From the IMG/VR virus record IMGVR_UViG_643348545_000014: DNA of 12,008 nucleotides; one strand, given 5' to 3'. Shown here in pieces: positions 7,609 through 12,008 of this stretch. The notes below the pieces were generated by a model. It did not search any database. It was not told the DNA's origin and saw only the letters and a list, made by a program, of their open reading frames with translations. The first letter of the stretch is position 1. Every line of letters starts with the position of its first letter. Position numbers and translations under genes: made by a program. The DNA is from a virus (taxonomy: Duplodnaviria; Heunggongvirae; Uroviricota; Caudoviricetes).

Positions 7609-8663
7609 TGACAGTAAAAGCAATATCACTTAACACTAACCAGCTTTTTGCGTACCTGAATCGCGAGGATATTGCGGAATTTAAATTCAGTCCGCTGTTT
7701 ACCGCGCTGTTTTTCCCGAACGTGGCGACATTCAACACACAGGACATCATGTTAGATAACCTGGATATTGAAGAAGTCACTATGTCGGCGTTTTGTTCGC
7801 CTATGGTGGGTAGCCAGGTTCAGCGCGATAAAGGGTACGAAACAAGCATTATTCGCCCTGGCTACATGAAGCCAAAACACGAAATCGATCCATTAAAAAC
7901 AATAATGCGCATGGCTGGAGAAGATCCAGCACAGCTTAACGACCCTACCTACCGCCGTATGCGCCTGATTACTGGCAACATGCGCCGCCAGATAAACGCC
8001 ATTAAAGCGCGCGTGGAATGGCTGGCGGTAAATGCGGTAACGACCGGAAAAAACATCATTGAGGGCGAAGGCATAGAGCGCTATGAAATCGACTGGAAGA
8101 TACCGGAAAAAAACATCATAGAGCAGGCCGACGGTAAAAAATGGTCAGAGCAGGACAAAGACATACACGACCCAATCTATGACATTGAGCTATACGCAGA
8201 TCAGGCAGGTTGCCCCGCAAACGTCATGATTATGGGCGTTGATGTATGGCGCATGTTACGCAGCTTTAAAAAATTCCGTGAACTGTACGATCTCTCCCGT
8301 GGTTCAGAATCCGCCGCAGAGCTGGCATGTAAAAACCTGGGCGAAGTGGTGAGCTTTAAAGGCTATCTTGGTGATCTGGCCCTTATCGTCTATTCCGGCA
8401 AATACACTGACAGCGACGGCACAGAAAAATATTTCCTTGAGCCTGATTTGCTGGTCCTGGGCAACACCAACAATAAAGGGCTGGTGGCCTATGGTGCGAT
8501 TATGGAACAGGAAGCGGTAAGAACGGGCGCAACGCAAAACATGTTTTACCCGAAAAACTGGATTGAGGACGGCGATCCGGCGATTGAGTACGTGCAGACG
8601 CACAGCGCACCGCAGCCGGTTCCGGCAGATATTCGCAAATTTGTTACCGTCAAAATTGGTTAA
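7608..8663 (+). CDS. Major capsid protein, lambda gpE-like
   Basis: 351 aa. Multiple conserved blocks against lambda gpE (recalled): FKFSPLFTALFF vs FKFDPLFLRLFF; PGYMKPKHEIDP vs PGYVKPKHEVNP; EDPAQLNDPTYRRMR vs EDPQNLADPAYRRRR; GYLGDLALIVYSGKY vs GMYGDVAIVVYSGQY; YPKNWIEDGDPA vs YPKNWVTTGDPA. Confidence 0.9.
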   Translation: MTVKAISLNTNQLFAYLNREDIAEFKFSPLFTALFFPNVATFNTQDIMLDNLDIEEVTMSAFCSPMVGSQVQRDKGYETSIIRPGYMKPKHEIDPLKTIMRMAGEDPAQLNDPTYRRMRLITGNMRRQINAIKARVEWLAVNAVTTGKNIIEGEGIERYEIDWKIPEKNIIEQADGKKWSEQDKDIHDPIYDIELYADQAGCPANVMIMGVDVWRMLRSFKKFRELYDLSRGSESAAELACKNLGEVVSFKGYLGDLALIVYSGKYTDSDGTEKYFLEPDLLVLGNTNNKGLVAYGAIMEQEAVRTGATQNMFYPKNWIEDGDPAIEYVQTHSAPQPVPADIRKFVTVKIG

Positions 8664-8675
8664 CGGGGGGATTCT

Positions 8676-9011
8676 ATGGACACTCCATACATTGAGTTAT
8701 TTGCAGGCAGTCAGCAGGTATCCACGACGCTGGTACATTTTGCCGCTGATGCTGGCGTTATTCAGGAATTTACCCCGCTGATGCTGGCGGACAATGGCGA
8801 GTTTAAGCCGTGGGATGGTCAGGAATCTGGCAAGGCTGTTTATCTGACTTCGTACCCCGTGGACACGTCAAAGCAGAAATCAGCACAGTGTTACAAGACG
8901 GGGATATTTAATATCGCCGCCGTAAACTGGCCTGAGAGCGCCGACACTGACGCGAAAAAATGCGCCGCCTTTGCGGGTTCTGGCGTATCCGTTCAGCCGC
9001 TGGCGCGATAA
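8676..9011 (+). CDS. Head decoration protein, lambda gpD-like
   Basis: 111 aa. Matches to lambda gpD (recalled): TPLMLAD vs TPLMLD, WDG, YKTGIF vs YKSGTF, WPESADTDAKKCAAFAGSGVSV vs [28 protein letters not shown] RBS. Confidence 0.8.
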   Translation: MDTPYIELFAGSQQVSTTLVHFAADAGVIQEFTPLMLADNGEFKPWDGQESGKAVYLTSYPVDTSKQKSAQCYKTGIFNIAAVNWPESADTDAKKCAAFAGSGVSVQPLAR

Positions 9012-9023
9012 GCAGGGGAAACG

Positions 9024-9437
9024 ATGGCAACGAATGAAAGCATCATGGCGCTACCGCTGGCGAGTAAATTTAAAGCAGAAGCGCGGGCAATGGCTGACAG
9101 AGGTTTATCAACCTACGAGGCCGTATATCAACTCAACAAACTGGAAGAACAGGACAAGCCGCGCGCTGATGCGATTATGGCGCTTCATGAACATAACGAC
9201 TATCAGCCGCTGTTACGTGCAATGGCAAACGTGCCATGTATTAGCGTCGATAATGCTCGTGAAATCCTGAACATGACCATAGAGCAGGAGCGCCCAAAGG
9301 TTGCACCAGAGCTTACCGCAGCCTTTGAAAACTTTATGGACATGCACAGCCCGCAAGCCGTATCAGCTGGCATGGCGTACGATGGCAGAAACCAGGGCGA
9401 TGACGGCGACATCGATCGCATACTGAAAACCATCTGA
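9024..9437 (+). CDS. Hypothetical protein (137 aa), last gene of the head operon, immediately upstream of cos
   Basis: AGGGGA RBS; followed by a terminator and cos. No family recognised; its position is analogous to lambda FI. Confidence 0.55.
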   Translation: MATNESIMALPLASKFKAEARAMADRGLSTYEAVYQLNKLEEQDKPRADAIMALHEHNDYQPLLRAMANVPCISVDNAREILNMTIEQERPKVAPELTAAFENFMDMHSPQAVSAGMAYDGRNQGDDGDIDRILKTI

Positions 9438-9442
9438 GACAA

Positions 9443-9467
9443 GGCCGGAGAAATCCGGCTTTTTTTT
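9443..9467 (+). terminator. Rho-independent terminator
   Basis: Stem GCCGGA / TCCGGC, loop GAAA, then T8. Confidence 0.6.
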
Positions 9468-9667
9468 ACGGGTCCTTTCCGGCATATGGACCCGTTACGG
9501 GGCGGCGACCTCGCGCGTTTTCACTATTTATGAAAATTTTCCGGGATCCATGTCCGGTTTCTCTGCAAGTTAACCATATGAAAAATATAAAAACATGCTT
9601 TCTATGAACCGGACATGCGCAAAAAACAGACACTAAAACCGGACATCGTACCCGTTAACCGGAAGTG
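9468..9667 (+). other. Lambda-type cos site (cosQ-like, cosN, and a cosB-like region with distinct repeats)
   Basis: ACGGGTCCTTTCCGG ... CCGTTACG|GGGCGGCGACCT CGCGCGTTTTCACTATTTATGAAAATTTTCCGG is near-identical to the lambda cos junction as recalled; the 12-nt cohesive-end sequence is at 9500-9511. Downstream are four AACCGGACAT-like elements (9550-9559 inverted; 9607-9616, 9637-9646, 9658-9667 direct) around an AT-rich segment, resembling the lambda R3-I1-R2-R1 layout but with a different repeat sequence. Confidence 0.8.
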
Positions 9668-9839
9668 TGCAAAAATCACACGCATTGCTGCGCGTGATTA
9701 ACAATTTATCGGCTTTACTGTTCTGTATAGGCTGGGTGGCGTCATGCCGTAGCCGTTCTCCGTGCCAGCATGGAATAATCCGTAGTTACAGAGCGGTAAA
9801 GTTAAAAATCACTTTCTGTTACGCCATCAAATACGCGAT

Positions 9840-10066
9840 ACAACAACCTTGTGTTTTTACAAAACCATTTGATATCATTGAATTTTTTCACATTAATGAC
9901 ATCAAAATACATCGTAAGGTTGTTGTATTTATTTTATTTTTACCTTACTTATCAATTAGATATACCAAACAATTAAACAACAACCACCCCCTCAAAAAAT
10001 CTCATAAATAGCGAAAAACCGCGAGGTCGCCGCCCCGTAACGGGCCATAATTCCAGGAAGGACCCG
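9840..10066 (-). other. Second cos-like site in inverted orientation (cosQ-like, cosN-like, and its own three 9-mer repeats)
   Basis: 10020-10044 is the exact reverse complement of 9491-9515 (25 bp). The reverse complement of 10012-10066 reads CGGGTCCTTCCTGG..CCCGTTACGGGGCGGCGACCTCGCGGTTTTTCGCTATTTATGAGATTTTTT. Adjacent repeats ACAACAACC at 9840-9848 and 9977-9985, GGTTGTTGT at 9918-9926. Confidence 0.6.
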
Positions 10067-10099
10067 ACGACACCAGACTATCAGAACGATGGGGGCACA

Positions 10100-10381
10100 A
10101 TGACAGAAGCCGAAATACTGGGATTAATCCGCCGCGTTGCCGGAATCAGCCAGCAGGTTGACGAACAGGCCACGCAGCCGGACAGCGTGACCGCTGAAAA
10201 TTATGCGCGTGTTGTTGCGGAGGTGATGCGCCGTGATGGTATAGAACTTAATGGCGTGGATATGCGCAACATACGAACCAGAGTTCTTGAGTTGCTGGCC
10301 TACCGTCGCCGCGTGGAGATGTATCGGGAGAAGGAGAAAATAACGTACCACTGGAAGAAGCCGGAGCGGTTGCGGCGGTAA
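10100..10381 (+). CDS. Hypothetical protein (93 aa) downstream of the cos pair
   Basis: GGGGG RBS 4 nt upstream of the ATG. Charged, helical-looking sequence; no family recognised. Confidence 0.5.
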   Translation: MTEAEILGLIRRVAGISQQVDEQATQPDSVTAENYARVVAEVMRRDGIELNGVDMRNIRTRVLELLAYRRRVEMYREKEKITYHWKKPERLRR

Positions 10382-10599
10382 CTGGTTGATATTCCCGACG
10401 GACCAAAAATGGGTGGCTACATCCCTCGCTTCTGAGGACTGTTAACAAGCTGCCTGAAAGACAGTCACAAACTACGAAATTTTCGCAGTTTAATTAATGA
10501 TCAGCTTAATCGCTCACCCGCTGATATTTTCGGAAACCTCAATTTGAGGAAGTCGGCGCGGTAACTCGCTGAACTTTAAGCAAAGCGCAAAATTGCGCT

Positions 10600-10930
10600 T
10601 GCTGAATAATCATTATGATTACGCAGATGATTAAGGAATGACCGAAGGCGGAAATTCGCCTGTGGTTAATGGGGGAGTTGCAGATCTGCAACTCGACCAT
10701 GAAACTACGGAAACTACCCGTAGTTTGGGTAGTAAGAGTAACACCCAGATTTTGGGGCTTACTCGTGATACCCAAATTTGGGGTATCGGTGGCAACCATA
10801 ACGACTTTCGTTACGGTTGATGCTTTTACCCCATTGGTGGAGGCTGGGCGGCCTGCTGTGGGCTTTTCCACCATTGGTGGAAAGGTGCAGATCTGGATCA
10901 TCATTACGGTGATCAAGGGTATGTAAAACC
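10600..10930. repeat. Palindrome- and repeat-dense region with no confident CDS (candidate regulatory DNA or structured RNA)
   Basis: TGCAGATCTGCA palindrome (10680-10691); interleaved inverted repeats AACTAC/GTAGTT and ACTACCC/GGGTAGT (10699-10729); paired CCCA(G/A)ATTTGGGG elements (about 10746-10786); CCATTGGTGG twice (10831-10840, 10872-10881). Short ORFs overlap in three frames. Confidence 0.4.
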
Positions 10931-10939
10931 CACCAGCCT

Positions 10940-11190
10940 GATTAACAGTTAACCGGAAAAAAAATCCGGCATGGGGGGGAGTGGTTAGCCACGAACAACG
11001 AATAAGCTGGACACCGCGCCCCCTCTCACGCAGAGAAAAAATTACCGTTTCGTAGTAGTTAACATGTTAACTGCCTGATGAAGCGTTGTTGTTGATTTTT
11101 TCTTTATGATTCATCTGGTTGCGTGCAAAAAATGTTAACTACCTTTTTGGTAAAAATGTTAACAGGGCAGCGGTTAACATTAACCAGGCG
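10940..11190. promoter_or_regulatory. Cluster of ATGTTAAC / GTTAAC motifs including a 16-bp perfect palindrome (candidate operator array)
   Basis: AGTTAACATGTTAACT at 11057-11072; ATGTTAAC at 11132-11139 and 11156-11163; inverted GTTAACAT at 11173-11180; GTTAAC at 10948-10953 and 10441-10446. Confidence 0.35.
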
Positions 11191-11432
11191 TAAATCCCGA
11201 TATGGTGATCCCCATATCGGGGAACATCCACCAGCTTAAAAACGAATGAGCGAAAAAAATCCAGGTAGAATTATGGAAGTCGCTAGGGCAATCGCCGTTT
11301 AAATTGTGCATTTTTTCAGCAAATTATTTTAGTTATACGTTTGGTTATACGGTTTAAAAGCTGAATCGATAATATTGATTAAAATCATACTGTTACACGC
11401 TCAATTAAACTACTCTCGTGAAAAATCCCAAG

Positions 11433-11461
11433 AAAACCAACCTATTGCGGTTGGTTTTTTT
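11433..11461 (+). terminator. Rho-independent terminator (bidirectional-looking)
   Basis: 10-bp perfect stem AAAACCAACC / GGTTGGTTTT, loop TATTGC, then T7. Confidence 0.6.
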
Positions 11462-11481
11462 ATATCTGCATTTAATTCGAT

Positions 11482-11511
11482 AAACAGACCGCGACACATC
11501 ACGGCCTGTTT
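11482..11511 (+). terminator. Hairpin immediately 3' of the minus-strand OMP gene (candidate terminator)
   Basis: 10-bp stem with one mismatch (AAACAGACCG / CGGCCTGTTT), 10-nt loop, T-rich tail on the plus strand. Confidence 0.35.
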
Positions 11512-11522
11512 ATTTTCTGTTA

Positions 11523-12008
11523 TCAGAACGTCCAGACCACACCCGCCTGAGTTGTGCTGCTTTCTTCACGGGAGAAACGGCTGTCGATACCGAGCGTCAG
11601 GCCCGTCAATGTTTGCTCAAAGCCAGCTCCCGCATCAGTGTTCACGTTGTTGCGGCTGTTAATTACCGAACTCCACATCGCCGTATCGTAATTAACGCCT
11701 TTTACGCTACCAAGACGCCCACGCACGGTGTCCAGTTCTGCATCAAATACCAGCGGTTGTGCTGCCGCCATATTCAGCACATCCGTGGTTGAAGGGGGCA
11801 TTTGTACGCGATTCTCTGCGAGACTCCAGCTATGGTTGCCATTATCCAGCAAGGTATATTCATACGTACTGATATCAACAACGCTTCCGGCATTGCCCAA
11901 CGTAAATGCCGCATCACCGCGCCCTCCTTTAATCGTGGGATCAGTCGCCGCGCCATAAACCTGTAGCACTCCATTATTGATCGTAGTCTGGTTTACCGCG
12001 CCACCCAT
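11523..12008 (-). CDS. C-terminal 161 aa of an autotransporter-like outer-membrane beta-barrel protein; possibly a truncated gene or fragment, with the true start perhaps beyond the window
   Basis: YTLLDNGNHSWSL junction-like motif, then AMWSSVINS...AGFEQTLTGLTLGIDSRF resembling the first barrel strands of AIDA/Ag43-type autotransporters, ending in VVWTF with a terminal aromatic. Double stop TGA TAA. Only about 60 residues follow the barrel start, far fewer than the ~250 of a full barrel. Confidence 0.45.
   Translation of the reverse strand: MGGAVNQTTINNGVLQVYGAATDPTIKGGRGDAAFTLGNAGSVVDISTYEYTLLDNGNHSWSLAENRVQMPPSTTDVLNMAAAQPLVFDAELDTVRGRLGSVKGVNYDTAMWSSVINSRNNVNTDAGAGFEQTLTGLTLGIDSRFSREESSTTQAGVVWTF

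Larger units (their letters stand above)
1..11520 (+). mobile_element. Integrative phage satellite / PICI-like island: integrase, AlpA, primase-replicase with iteron ori, SSB, lambda-like head genes, lambda-type cos. Boundaries are not determinable in-window (attL lies upstream of position 1; the right end is placed approximately at the terminators before the minus-strand OMP gene).
   Basis: Gene order int-alpA-primase-ori followed by packaging genes and a cos site is the canonical satellite/PICI layout. The integrase start codon sits at position 1, so an attL (typically a tRNA 3' end) would be outside the window. Confidence 0.6.

Noticed and set aside
9667-10011. 114-aa plus-strand ORF between the two cos sites
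   Set aside because: AT-rich, no RBS, and it spans the cosB-like repeats; more plausibly non-coding packaging-site DNA.
10638-10926. Overlapping small ORFs (60 aa and 85 aa, plus strand) and a 125-aa minus-strand ORF in the palindrome-dense region
   Set aside because: Three frames are open over the same DNA, RBS spacing is poor, and the region is dominated by palindromes; no single frame is convincingly coding, though a small peptide gene cannot be excluded.
11375-11662. 95-aa plus-strand ORF
   Set aside because: Runs antisense through the terminators and the 3' end of the minus-strand OMP gene; Cys/Arg-rich translation with no RBS.
1-12008. CRISPR arrays, tRNA/tmRNA genes, IS elements
   Set aside because: No regularly spaced direct repeats with unique spacers, no tRNA T-arm/acceptor signatures (GGTTCGAATCC-like with a CCA end), and no transposase ORFs were seen. 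The attR copy of a tRNA 3' end could not be identified without the attL sequence.

Overview
The window reads as one integrative phage satellite (PICI-like or P4-like island) of about 11.5 kb, running from its integrase start codon at position 1 to a gene-poor right end. All calls rest on reading the sequence and on protein and cos sequences recalled from memory; no searches or alignments were run. Modules, left to right: (1) a P4-type tyrosine integrase and an AlpA-family regulator; (2) a divergent control region with a small ribbon-helix-helix gene on the minus strand and two GTGGTCACCT operator-like repeats; (3) a rightward operon of small unknown proteins ending in a ~713-aa primase/replicase, then an iteron origin and an SSB-like gene; (4) a head module encoding a lambda gpE-like major capsid protein and a gpD-like decoration protein, with no portal, protease or terminase in the window; (5) a lambda-type cos site, followed about 500 bp later by a second cos-like site in inverted orientation with different flanking repeats; (6) about 1.1 kb of palindrome-rich DNA without a convincing gene, then the 3' end of a minus-strand outer-membrane/autotransporter-like gene. 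The most unusual feature is the pair of convergent cos sites, plus a degenerate third cos-like copy, which suggests modular capsid-gene acquisition and possibly packaging by more than one helper phage. No tRNA, rRNA, CRISPR array or IS element was recognised.
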